Shown here: in pieces, positions 43,636-53,247 of the stretch
How the letters are laid out: each line of letters starts with the position of its first letter
How positions within the stretch are numbered: the stretch's first letter is position 1
NCBI RefSeq assembly: GCF_041583835.1
Contig: NZ_JBFHFC010000001.1
Span: 151,524 to 215,523 of the forward strand
Source of the DNA: Thiomicrorhabdus sp.
GTDB lineage: Bacteria; Pseudomonadota; Gammaproteobacteria; Thiomicrospirales; Thiomicrospiraceae
DNA length: 64,000 bases
Direction of reading: 5' to 3'
The notes under the pieces: model-generated
The model's database searches: none
Seen by the model: only the letters and a program-made list of their open reading frames with translations
What the model was told of the DNA's origin: nothing
Translations under genes and position numbers: made by a program

Positions 43636-45777
43636 TTAAATCTTTGAAATTGAAGCACTTTCCACGTTTTGAACTCGTTCAATATGATCCAACACTTCAC
43701 CCAGTTGCGTCCCGGGATCAACTTCAAGCGTCAACTTCATTGATACCGTACGTTCACTACTGTCGGTATGGGTTTCAGAATTAATCAAGTTAATATCCAA
43801 ATCCGTTAACACCGACATGACGTCGCGCAACAAACCTTTACGGTCAAACGCCATGATAGAGAGCTCGGCAGTAAAACAACGTCTGTCCGCCTCAACGTAA
43901 TTCCAGGAAACTTCGATAATACGCTGCAACTCCTCATGAGTCAGGTTCAGCATATTAGGGCAGTCACTGCGATGCACGGTAATACCACGGCCACGTGTGA
44001 CATAACCGACGATATCATCGCCTTTTTTAGGCTCGCAGCAGGGGGCCAAATTGGTTTTTAATTGCGTCGCACCGACTACATATACTTGCTGACCTTCAGG
44101 AATCGGCTCAGGTCTTTGAAGTCCTTTAAAACGTAAAGACTTCTGTTCGGGCTTGAGCTTCTCTTGAATCGCATTCGCTAATTGACGTTCATTGATCTGC
44201 CCCTTACCAATCGCTTCGTATAGATCCTCTTCAGTCTCGTATTTGAAGCGGCGAGCGATTACTTTCGGCTTAACCGAAGTGGCATGCAAACGTTTTATCT
44301 CGCGGTTGAACAGGGTTTCACCCGCTTGAATATTCTGGGTTTTATTCTGTTTGTTAAACCAACCTTTTACTTTAGTACGCGCGCTACTGCTATTGAGATA
44401 ACCCAAGTTAGGGTTCAACCAATTACGACTCGGCGCACCATTTTTAACCGACAGGATTTCAATCTTGTCGCCGGTTTTCAACACCGTCGTCAATGGTTGA
44501 ATACGGCCGTTGATTTTGGCACCGCGACATCCGTGCCCAAGCTCCGTGTGAATTGTATAGGCAAAATCCAACGGGGTGGATCCTTGCCTCAACGTCATGA
44601 TTTCGTTCTGCGGAGTCAGCACATAGATATGCTGGCTTTGCAGCTCGGTACTAATCTCTTTAAATACCTCCGGATCATCGGCGTTTTCAAGCAACTGGCG
44701 AACATTGGCAATACTGGTTTCCAAGTTCTTATCGATTTTTTTATTGCCTTCCTTATAGCGCCAGTGTGCCGCCACCCCATATTCGGCATGATGATGCATC
44801 TCGAAAGTACGAATCTGGATTTCGACCGTTTTCCCCTCCGGACCTAAAATCACCGTATGGATCGACTGGTAACCGTTATCTTTAGGGGAGGTGATATAGT
44901 CATCAAACTCTTCTTTGATATAACTCCAATGACTATGAATCAACCCCAATACTTCATAACACTGTTTGATCGAATCAACGTAAATTCGCACCGCACGCAG
45001 ATCGAAAAGCTCATCAATCGGCTGCTTCTTACGCTGCATTTTTTTCCAAATACTATAAATGTGTTTAGGCCGGCCTGTAATCTTGGCTTCGATATTCTGA
45101 GATTCCAACAGGGTTCTTAAAACTTCGATAACCGAGTCAATATAGGCTTCGCGACCTAAACGGTTCGAATCGAGCTGCTGGGCAATTTCTTTATATTGAT
45201 CGGGTTCCAGAAAGCGAAAAGAAAGGTCTTCCAATTCCCATTTGAGTTGCGCTATCCCCAAACGGTTAGCCAAAGGCGCAAAAATCAACTGGGTTTGCTC
45301 GGCGATCTGCTTACGGACGCTCGGCTCTTCAAATTTTAAATGACGTAAACGGGCGACACGGTAGGCCAGCTTCACGATCATAATGCGGATATCGGAGGTC
45401 ATCGCCAACAACATCTGTCTCAGACGTTCATTCTGAACATCCGAACGATTAGGAGAATCCAGCTCTTTAAATTGGTTTAAGCAACGAATACCGTCAACCA
45501 GCTCGGCAGTAGAACTGCCGAAATGCTTTTTAATATATTCAAGGTCGTAAAAATCCGCTACATTACCATCGCTCAAGAGGGTGGCGATCAAAGTATCGGC
45601 ATCCACCTTCAGCTCGGAAAGAATTTTTGCGACATCGACACTTCTGACAATCGTTTTTTCAGGCAAATTTTGCGCTTCAAGAGCAATATTGCAGGCCAGT
45701 TGGCATTTTTCCAACTGAGTGCCAGTCAATTCGTTTGCCTTAAAAAGCAGTTTAAATAATTCGGTTGCCTTAGTCAT
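43636..45777 (-). CDS. relA: GTP pyrophosphokinase RelA (monofunctional type)
   Basis: Synthetase block RPKHIYSIWKKM ... EFDDYI (the EXDD form typical of RelA). The N-terminal pseudo-hydrolase lacks the HD motif. TGS and ACT domains are present. Confidence 0.9.
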   Translation of the reverse strand: MTKATELFKLLFKANELTGTQLEKCQLACNIALEAQNLPEKTIVRSVDVAKILSELKVDADTLIATLLSDGNVADFYDLEYIKKHFGSSTAELVDGIRCLNQFKELDSPNRSDVQNERLRQMLLAMTSDIRIMIVKLAYRVARLRHLKFEEPSVRKQIAEQTQLIFAPLANRLGIAQLKWELEDLSFRFLEPDQYKEIAQQLDSNRLGREAYIDSVIEVLRTLLESQNIEAKITGRPKHIYSIWKKMQRKKQPIDELFDLRAVRIYVDSIKQCYEVLGLIHSHWSYIKEEFDDYITSPKDNGYQSIHTVILGPEGKTVEIQIRTFEMHHHAEYGVAAHWRYKEGNKKIDKNLETSIANVRQLLENADDPEVFKEISTELQSQHIYVLTPQNEIMTLRQGSTPLDFAYTIHTELGHGCRGAKINGRIQPLTTVLKTGDKIEILSVKNGAPSRNWLNPNLGYLNSSSARTKVKGWFNKQNKTQNIQAGETLFNREIKRLHATSVKPKVIARRFKYETEEDLYEAIGKGQINERQLANAIQEKLKPEQKSLRFKGLQRPEPIPEGQQVYVVGATQLKTNLAPCCEPKKGDDIVGYVTRGRGITVHRSDCPNMLNLTHEELQRIIEVSWNYVEADRRCFTAELSIMAFDRKGLLRDVMSVLTDLDINLINSETHTDSSERTVSMKLTLEVDPGTQLGEVLDHIERVQNVESASISKI

Positions 45778-46090
45778 GTACGGTCAATTTCAGTGTTTAA
45801 TTCAAAGATGGTTTTATTTTATAGCCTGAGCCAATAGAATCCATATTTTTTACGACAATATAGTGAATTAAACCCATTTGGCAGGATTTAGATGCCATTC
45901 CATGCATTCTGTACGGACATTTTTATATAAAATTACCGATAGACTCACGATTTTGGCCTGTTAAAAAATAGGGAAGAGGTCATTTTAAGCTTAAACGATT
46001 ATAATAACCGGCATAACGCAAAACATCTGTTTGACCTTCAAATGGAAGTTAAAATGAAAAACCCACCCAAACACAAGAAGTAACCTCAAA

Positions 46091-47167
46091 TTGCAAAACA
46101 CGAACCCTTCAACAACGCCGGCTCTAAACTCTTACACAAGTAGTGCCAAAGGCTTCTCAGTTGCCCCCATGCTCGATTGGACAGACAAACACTGTCGTTA
46201 TTTTCATCGCCAACTAACTCAACAGGCTTGGCTGTATTCAGAAATGGTCACAACCGGAGCTATTATTTACGGTGATAATCTGCCGCGTTTTTTAGGGCAC
46301 AACCCGGAAGAAGCCCCTGTCGTTTTGCAACTGGGAGGGAGTGACGCTAAAGACTTGGCAACGTGCGCCAGACTAGGGGAAGAGTGGGGTTATTCAGAGA
46401 TTAACCTGAATGTCGGTTGCCCAAGCGATCGCGTGCAAAACAATATGATCGGTGCCTGCTTGATGGGCCACCCGCACATCGTGGCAGAAGCGGTTTCTTC
46501 AATGAAATCGGCTGTTAAGGAAGTCCCGGTCACGGTCAAATGCCGGATCGGCATCGACGACCAAGAAGATTTTGAAAGCCTGCAAAGCTTTATTGCAAGC
46601 TTGGTTGAAGCGGATGTCGACGGCGTCATCATTCATGCCCGTAAAGCGTGGCTACAAGGGCTCTCACCCAAAGAGAACCGCGAAATTCCGCCTTTGCACT
46701 ACGATTGGGTACATCGGATTAAATCCGAATTTCCGCAACTGGAAGTCGCTATCAACGGCGGCATCAAGACCCTTGAAGCTGGATTGCTCCATTTGGATTC
46801 ATACCAGGAATTTCCAGCCGTAGACGGCGTCATGTTAGGACGGGCGGCTTACGAACAACCTTATATATTAAGCGAAGTGGATCGCCTCTATTACGGAAGC
46901 AATATAACACCTCCGAGTCGTGCGGACGTTATAGAGAAAATGAAACCCTATATTGAAAAACATCTTATGGAGGGGGGCAAGCTTATCCAAGTCACCCGCC
47001 ATATGTTAGGATTGTTTCATGGACTGCCTGGCGGCCGTTTATGGCGCAGACACCTCTCGGAAAATGCATTCATGAAAGAGGCGGGGATTGAGGTTCTGGA
47101 ACAGGCATACCAATTGGTTACCGCAGAAATTGCTCGCATGGAAGAAAGGCAAAATACCACGCTATGA
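46091..47167 (+). CDS. dusA: tRNA-dihydrouridine(20/20a) synthase
   Basis: FSVAPMLDWTDKHCRYFHR and INLNVGCPS motifs. TTG is the only in-frame start upstream of the conserved N-terminus. Confidence 0.9.
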   Translation: MQNTNPSTTPALNSYTSSAKGFSVAPMLDWTDKHCRYFHRQLTQQAWLYSEMVTTGAIIYGDNLPRFLGHNPEEAPVVLQLGGSDAKDLATCARLGEEWGYSEINLNVGCPSDRVQNNMIGACLMGHPHIVAEAVSSMKSAVKEVPVTVKCRIGIDDQEDFESLQSFIASLVEADVDGVIIHARKAWLQGLSPKENREIPPLHYDWVHRIKSEFPQLEVAINGGIKTLEAGLLHLDSYQEFPAVDGVMLGRAAYEQPYILSEVDRLYYGSNITPPSRADVIEKMKPYIEKHLMEGGKLIQVTRHMLGLFHGLPGGRLWRRHLSENAFMKEAGIEVLEQAYQLVTAEIARMEERQNTTL

Positions 47168-48762
47168 CTTTTTTAGACGTCCCCTTCAAGGAAAAAGACC
47201 AAGCTAAATCATTAGGCGCACGCTGGGATAGCGTGAGCCGTAAATGGTATGTGCCCAACGAACTTGCCGACCAATTGGAATTGTTCGATCGCTGGCTGCC
47301 CTTGGAACAACAGGCGGCCATCCAGCCTCAAAATACTCAACAGGGCGACTTATTAAAAGAAGAACAAAAGGGTGCTCGACTCTCGGTTGTACTGAGAAAC
47401 GTCCAGTCTGCGTTACGTCTAAGCTTTCCCGGCGCCCTCTGGGTAATTGCCGAAATCGCCAACATCAACCGCAATCGCGGACACCTCTATCTGGAACTTT
47501 CCGAAACCAACTCTCAAGGACAAACCTTAGCGAGTTGTCGCGCGATGCTCTGGCAATCGCATGTAGAACGTTTGTTAGGGCGCTTCCAGCTGGAAACAGG
47601 AAGCGAACTGGCCGTGGGACAGAAAGTACTCCTTCTGGCAGAAGTAAACTTTCACGAACAGTACGGTTTTTCATTAGTCATTCAAGACATCGACCCGAGC
47701 TTCACACTAGGCGAGCTTGAAGCCAACCTAAATGAAATTCGTAAGCAATTGATTTCAGAGAAATTATACCAACTCAACAAACAACTTACTTTGGCAGACG
47801 ACTTCTTTAGAGTAGCGGTCATTGCTCCACCGGCCGCGGCCGGTTTAGGCGACTTTAGAGCCGATGCCGATGCACTGCAACAAGCCGGGCTGTGCGAATT
47901 CAAATACTTCTACAGTGCCTTTCAAGGTGATCAGGTGGAAACGGAAATGTTGGCCGCATTTGACGCCATTCAATCCCTGCATGCAGCCAACCCGTTCGAC
48001 GCTTTGGTGATTTTACGCGGCGGCGGTGCCAAGCTTGACTTAAACATGCTTAATCTTTATCCGATCGCCAGAAAGATCTGTGAATCTAAACTACCGGTAT
48101 TAACGGGGATTGGGCACGAGCGCGACAATACCATTCTCGACGAAGTGGCACATACTCGTTACGACACGCCAAGTAAAGTGATTGCAGATATACGTAATCA
48201 CATCTTCCAGCAAGCGCACAAAGCGAAGCAGAACTGGATACAAATCGAACAGGCCAGTCGTCTCAAAGTCAGACAACTTGAAAACCAGCTGGAACAGTTT
48301 GATCATTTACTGCAAACCAATAGCCAAGCTTGTTTATATTTCTGGAAAGACAAGCTAGAGCCTTTGAAGTACCAGCTACAAAGACAAGGCCAGCAAAAAC
48401 TTCAAGTAACCGCACAACGCCTTGAACAATTACATCAGAACATTAACACTGCGGTGATCAAACAGGTCGACACCGTAAAAGTCACGCTCGAACAGAATCA
48501 AGCGGCTGTACTGAATGAAGCCCGACGCAGCGTAGCATACCAACACGACCAAATCATTCAGTGGATTGCCTTCATCCTCAGTTCCGGACCGAAAACCCAG
48601 CTGAACCGAGGGTTTGTCATCGCCAAAACAGATCAAGGAAAACCCGTTAAAACAGCCGAACAGGCCAAAGAAATAGGGCACCTTAAACTCCAGTTTATAG
48701 ACGGCGAAGTCTCTGCGGAAGTAAAACCCGATGCCGTCATTGAACCGAATACAAACCAATAA
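47164..48762 (+). CDS. xseA: Exodeoxyribonuclease VII large subunit with an N-terminal extra domain
   Basis: The OB fold starts near residue 70. Catalytic blocks RGGGAKLDL and GIGHERDNTILDEVA, then a long coiled-coil tail. ATGA overlap with dusA. Confidence 0.9.
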   Translation: MTFLDVPFKEKDQAKSLGARWDSVSRKWYVPNELADQLELFDRWLPLEQQAAIQPQNTQQGDLLKEEQKGARLSVVLRNVQSALRLSFPGALWVIAEIANINRNRGHLYLELSETNSQGQTLASCRAMLWQSHVERLLGRFQLETGSELAVGQKVLLLAEVNFHEQYGFSLVIQDIDPSFTLGELEANLNEIRKQLISEKLYQLNKQLTLADDFFRVAVIAPPAAAGLGDFRADADALQQAGLCEFKYFYSAFQGDQVETEMLAAFDAIQSLHAANPFDALVILRGGGAKLDLNMLNLYPIARKICESKLPVLTGIGHERDNTILDEVAHTRYDTPSKVIADIRNHIFQQAHKAKQNWIQIEQASRLKVRQLENQLEQFDHLLQTNSQACLYFWKDKLEPLKYQLQRQGQQKLQVTAQRLEQLHQNINTAVIKQVDTVKVTLEQNQAAVLNEARRSVAYQHDQIIQWIAFILSSGPKTQLNRGFVIAKTDQGKPVKTAEQAKEIGHLKLQFIDGEVSAEVKPDAVIEPNTNQ

Positions 48763-48810
48763 ACTTATCGATTCCATACAGAACAGATTAATAGATAGAG
48801 GATTTTTCCT

Positions 48811-49041
48811 ATGAGTCAAACATCAGAAAGTTTCAAGGCCAACTACGCCAAACTCCAAGAAATTGCCCAGAAACTATCAAACACCCAAGAAGTCGATATT
48901 GACGAATTGGTTCCAATGGTAGATGAAGCGACACGTGCTTACCAGCTATGCAAATCTCGTATAGAAGCAGTGGAAAGCGCGCTAAGCAAGCGTTTAGACA
49001 GCGAAACCAACGAAGATTCGAAACCGAGCGAGAATGAATAA
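48811..49041 (+). CDS. xseB: Exodeoxyribonuclease VII small subunit
   Basis: 76 aa. FKANYAKLQEIAQKLSN ... LVPMVDEATRAYQLCKSRIEAVE is typical of XseB. Confidence 0.85.
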   Translation: MSQTSESFKANYAKLQEIAQKLSNTQEVDIDELVPMVDEATRAYQLCKSRIEAVESALSKRLDSETNEDSKPSENE

Positions 49042-49044
49042 GTC

Positions 49045-49407
49045 ATGACCCAGCAAGCGACCATTTATCACAATCCACGTTGCTCAAAAAGCCGAAACAC
49101 CTTGGAACTACTGCAAGAACACGATCTTGAGATTCAAGAAGTTCGTTATCTGGACACGCCACCAAGCAAAGAAGAACTTAAACAACTGTGCGAACTCCTG
49201 GCTAAAAAGCCGATAGAAATCACTCGCACTGGAGAAAGTTTATTCAAGGAACTGGGTTTAGACAAAAACGACGACCGGAGTGACGACGAATGGCTGGATA
49301 TCCTGGTAAACAATCCAAAGTTAATTGAACGGCCGATCGTCAAAATTGACAATCAGGCCGTTATCGGCAGACCGCCGGAAAATGTTTTGAGTATCATCAA
49401 TTCCTAA
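49045..49407 (+). CDS. arsC: ArsC-family (glutaredoxin-type) arsenate reductase
   Basis: IYHNPRCSKSRNTLELL catalytic Cys motif and the IERPIV motif. Confidence 0.8.
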   Translation: MTQQATIYHNPRCSKSRNTLELLQEHDLEIQEVRYLDTPPSKEELKQLCELLAKKPIEITRTGESLFKELGLDKNDDRSDDEWLDILVNNPKLIERPIVKIDNQAVIGRPPENVLSIINS

Positions 49408-49794
49408 AACAATAGCCATCAGGCTATGAAGATCATACCTAGAGAAAATCCATCCAGGAAAATCTCATTCAATTTCACGCCAAATATCCGAAACCGAACC
49501 GGCTTGTTTAGTTTCGGATAGATCCTCGTATTAAAAAAAATCATCCGAACCAAAGTACTAAAACACACCAAAATAAAAAACTCGTAGCATCTCAGTTTTC
49601 ACCAAACAGAAGAAGAGGCCGCCAACGCCATTTTAAGCAAATCTCCAATTTAACATAATATATATTATACGAATGTATAAAAATTACATACGCAACAACA
49701 AACCCCGCTAAACCGACTCCAGAGCCTGTTTCTTCATTTAGTACCAACCCAACCCAAATTTACAACATGATCATTATTAACTTTCAATGGACAT

Positions 49795-49816
49795 AAAAAA
49801 ACCGGGAAAATCCCGG
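49795..49816 (-). terminator. Rho-independent terminator of the 49886-50332 gene
   Basis: On the minus strand, ccggga-ttt-tcccgg is followed by T7. Confidence 0.8.
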
Positions 49817-49885
49817 CTTATCATTCTCACGCAAAACTTGGGTTATTACATGATTCTATTACTCGCTGTCGTTTCGACTCTCGAA

Positions 49886-50332
49886 TTAAGAACCGATAAT
49901 CGGCAACCCGACAAACAAGATCAATTCGATTACACCAACCAGAATTGGGTACCATGCATGCTCGGCTTTTTCGGTTAATGCTTTCGCACCCATAAAAATA
50001 CCGGCTAAGGCCAAAAAGTAAGAAACCGGTGCCAGCAAGATCGAAATAAACAACAACGGTGCTAATGCAACCAAAACCCAACTGGCGGTAATGCTATTAC
50101 TCGGGTTGTACTTTTTGGTATTACGCATGTCGTCCGGAGTTGAACTTGAAGACTGAAGACGCGCCATCACAGCACTGATGTCGGCATCCGTCAACTCATC
50201 CTGTACAACTTCGATATCCGTCATACCGATCGTAATTTTTTTATTCGTGTATAACGCCTTTACCAAGTCATTCCAGGTTGCATCTTCCGCCAACTCATCA
50301 ACAATCTGATGCGCTTCTTGTTTAATAGACAT
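49886..50332 (-). CDS. Hypothetical protein: soluble N-terminal domain + two C-terminal TM helices
   Basis: ATG at 50332 preceded by GGAGGAG. Has its own terminator and AT-rich flanks. No recognisable family. Confidence 0.45.
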   Translation of the reverse strand: MSIKQEAHQIVDELAEDATWNDLVKALYTNKKITIGMTDIEVVQDELTDADISAVMARLQSSSSTPDDMRNTKKYNPSNSITASWVLVALAPLLFISILLAPVSYFLALAGIFMGAKALTEKAEHAWYPILVGVIELILFVGLPIIGS

Positions 50333-50659
50333 ACAACTCCTCCCGTGAGCCATCTCTTTATTAAGTAACTATTTAATTATTAAGCATTTATTTATTAAGT
50401 ATTTATCAGCATATATTAAATCACACAGGTAAGTATTTGTTTGTATATAAGATATAGGACATTCATTTTTTATTCAAAAATCGCGCCAAACCTTATAGCA
50501 ATCGTTACCTTTTATTTAATTTTAGATTATTATATCGTTAACTTGCAGTATTTTACTAGCTGGCTTTTCTCACCTAAAGCCAAATATAACCAAGCTAAAC
50601 AATGTTATACCGGAAAATTTTAAACACCCTACTTTAGATGTAATTTGGAGTTCAACTGA

Positions 50660-52153
50660 ATGGCACTGATGCCTGGTTTACAAATTAATATTGGTCAACA
50701 GCTTAAGCTGACGCCGCAACTACAGCAATCAATTAAGATTCTGCAATATTCGGCACTTGAGGTACAGCAAACCGTCGAGGCAACGCTCGAAACCAATTAC
50801 ATGCTTGAAGTCGAAGACGACGGACTTTCCGAAGACGAACTGCTCGGCGAGAACCGCGAAGAACCTATATCGGCAAACACCGAACTCAGCGACGAGCAAC
50901 CGCTAGACATCAACACCAACGACAAAATTTCTGAAGACTTAGAAATCGACTGTAACTGGGACGAAGTGTATTCAGATTACTCATCCGGTAAAACCACACA
51001 GTCTTCCGACGACTACGTCAGTGCAGAAAACTACACCTCTGAAGAAAAAAGCTTACACGACCACCTCTATTGGCAATCGGACATCTATGTATGGGACGAA
51101 AATCAAGACCTGGTTGCAGACTTCATCATTGACGATATCAATGATGAAGGGTATTTAACCACCCCGCTCCCGGACTTATTGCAGGCACTGGAAAATCAGT
51201 ATCCAGAAATCGAATTCAATTTGGAAATGCTGGAAACCGTGCTCGGCATCATTCAGCAGTTTGAGCCGACGGGCGTTGGCGCACGTAGCGTACAAGAATC
51301 TTTATTGTTGCAATTGATGAATATGCAGCAAACTCCTTACGTGGTAACGGCCAGACAGCTTATTTCGGAACACTTTGATTGGCTTTCTTTCCACGACCAC
51401 AAACGCATCAAAAAGCTATATGGTTTGAACGACGAAGAACTGACCAAATTATTCAAACTGATTCAATCGCTGAACCCAAGACCGGGTCGCGACTTTTCAT
51501 CTACAAACTCCGAAATCATCATCCCGGATCTGCGCCTGAAGCGCACCAAGGAAGGCTGGTTAGTAGAACTTAACAGCGACGCTTTCCCGCGATTAAAGGT
51601 GAACAGCGCCTATATTGAGTTGGCCGGAACCTTAGACGATACGGAGCAGTCCAAAAAAATCAAAGAACAGCTGATTGAGGCGAAAGGACTGATTAAGAGC
51701 ATTCATAGCCGCGGTGAGACCTTACTTAAGGTAGGAAGCTTTATTGTAGAAAAACAACAAGCTTTCTTTGAAGAAGGCGAATTGGCAATGCAGCCGCTGG
51801 TTTTGCGTGACGTTGCCGAACATCTCAATTTGCATGAGTCGACTATTTCCCGTGCGACCAACCAAAAATACATCCAAACGCCGCGTGGAACGTTTGAATT
51901 AAAATACTTCTTCTCTTCCGGTGTCAGCCAATACGGCAGCGCCGATCAGTCGGCCATTGCCATTAAAGCCCACATCAAAGGCTTAATTGACCAAGAAGAT
52001 GCGAAAAAACCGCTAAGCGACAGTAAATTAATGGAGCTTTTGGAAAGTGAAAAAGGGATCAGCGTCGCCCGCAGAACGATTGCAAAATACCGTGAATCAC
52101 TCGGTATTCCATCGTCCAGCGAACGCAAAAAACTCAATAAATTTAAACTTTGA
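50660..52153 (+). CDS. rpoN: RNA polymerase sigma-54 factor
   Basis: Region I LKLTPQLQQSIKILQ and the C-terminal RpoN box ARRTIAKYRESLGIPSS. GGAG lies 9 nt upstream of the ATG. Confidence 0.95.
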   Translation: MALMPGLQINIGQQLKLTPQLQQSIKILQYSALEVQQTVEATLETNYMLEVEDDGLSEDELLGENREEPISANTELSDEQPLDINTNDKISEDLEIDCNWDEVYSDYSSGKTTQSSDDYVSAENYTSEEKSLHDHLYWQSDIYVWDENQDLVADFIIDDINDEGYLTTPLPDLLQALENQYPEIEFNLEMLETVLGIIQQFEPTGVGARSVQESLLLQLMNMQQTPYVVTARQLISEHFDWLSFHDHKRIKKLYGLNDEELTKLFKLIQSLNPRPGRDFSSTNSEIIIPDLRLKRTKEGWLVELNSDAFPRLKVNSAYIELAGTLDDTEQSKKIKEQLIEAKGLIKSIHSRGETLLKVGSFIVEKQQAFFEEGELAMQPLVLRDVAEHLNLHESTISRATNQKYIQTPRGTFELKYFFSSGVSQYGSADQSAIAIKAHIKGLIDQEDAKKPLSDSKLMELLESEKGISVARRTIAKYRESLGIPSSSERKKLNKFKL

Positions 52154-52253
52154 GCCCATTTAACCACACATTAACTCGGGTGATTTTTCCCGAGTCTCGC
52201 ACTATAATCCACACTTATTTATTTAAACTCAATTTCAGTAGGTGTTTAAAAAC

Positions 52254-53183
52254 ATGAATCGAATGAATGTAGAACAAGTTCAACAAGTCGCCCAGCAACA
52301 GTGGGAACAGCAAGCAGACTTTAAAGAGTATATGTCCGCGGTCAACCCTCCGATGCCTAAAATCGACGTCATCGCTTACGCTAGCGAACTGCATGAACAA
52401 GGTGAAACACGAGTCATTCCATTCGATTTATCTGCACAGATCCAAACTCAGTACCCTGCTACTTCGCCTAACTTAATGGCTAACTTCATTCGTATTTGCG
52501 CAAACGAAACTATCAAAACCGACGTCAAAGCTACTTCGCAAATGTTCTACGTGATTCGCGGCTCAGGGAAAACCCAAATGAAGCACGGCACGATCGAATG
52601 GAATGAAGGCGATCTTTTCACACTACCGGCCGTACCGGACGCACTTCACAGCGCAACCGCCGATACCGCTATTTACTGGGTTCATGATGCTCCACTCTTG
52701 AAGTATTTAGGCGTACAACCAAGCGAAGAGAAATTCACACCGGTTCTTTACACCAAAGAACGTCTAAACAACGAACTTGAAGCAGTACGAAAAGAAGCAA
52801 TCGGTCGTAACAGAACCGGGATTTTGCTTTCCAACCCGAACTTTCCATTGACCATGACACTGACGCATACGCTATGGTCTTTATATAACGCACTGCCTGC
52901 CGGAGTGATGCAAAAGCCGCACCGTCACAACTCGATCGCACTGGATTACTGCGTTTCAGCCGGCCCAAATACTTACACTTTAATCGGTAAAGAAATTGAC
53001 GAAGAAGGTAACATCGTCGATCCGATCAAAGCGATGTGGACTCCGGGTTCCGTATTTGTAACGCCTCCGGGCTGGTGGCACTCTCACCACAACGAATCCG
53101 ATGAAGATGCAATCGTATTGCCAATTCAGGATGCCGGACTTATTATGAACATGCAAGTTCTAGACTTCCAATACATTCGTTAA
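52254..53183 (+). CDS. Bicupin protein, gentisate 1,2-dioxygenase-like
   Basis: Two cupin barrels. The second carries PHRHNSIALDY and PPGWWHSHHN metal-ligand motifs. Start is ATG 52254 (ORF open from GTG 52242). Confidence 0.65.
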   Translation: MNRMNVEQVQQVAQQQWEQQADFKEYMSAVNPPMPKIDVIAYASELHEQGETRVIPFDLSAQIQTQYPATSPNLMANFIRICANETIKTDVKATSQMFYVIRGSGKTQMKHGTIEWNEGDLFTLPAVPDALHSATADTAIYWVHDAPLLKYLGVQPSEEKFTPVLYTKERLNNELEAVRKEAIGRNRTGILLSNPNFPLTMTLTHTLWSLYNALPAGVMQKPHRHNSIALDYCVSAGPNTYTLIGKEIDEEGNIVDPIKAMWTPGSVFVTPPGWWHSHHNESDEDAIVLPIQDAGLIMNMQVLDFQYIR

Positions 53184-53247
53184 TCGAAACAGAAGATCAA
53201 CGAATTCAGGTGGTTTGAAATTTCAGCTATTTAAGGTGAAGGGTTTT

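Noticed and set aside
47244-47720. 158-aa same-strand alternative-frame ORF inside xseA.
   Set aside because: The translation is Arg/Ser/Thr-rich with no motifs, while the xseA frame carries conserved blocks across this region. It is most likely a chance open frame.
49787-49978. 63-aa plus-strand ORF overlapping the 3' end of the orphan membrane gene. A Fur-box-like sequence (acatgatcattattaac, about 49766-49784) lies just upstream.
   Set aside because: The ORF runs through the minus-strand terminator and is antisense to a better-supported gene. The Fur-like match is only about 13 of 19 positions in very AT-rich DNA.
50655-50675. TGGCAC hexamer (aatggcactgatgcctgg) that could look like a sigma-54 -24 element.
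   Set aside because: It overlaps the rpoN start codon, and the -12 position reads CCTGG rather than TTGC. Other TGGCAC occurrences (for example 21963 and 43081) are inside coding regions and lack a proper -12 element.
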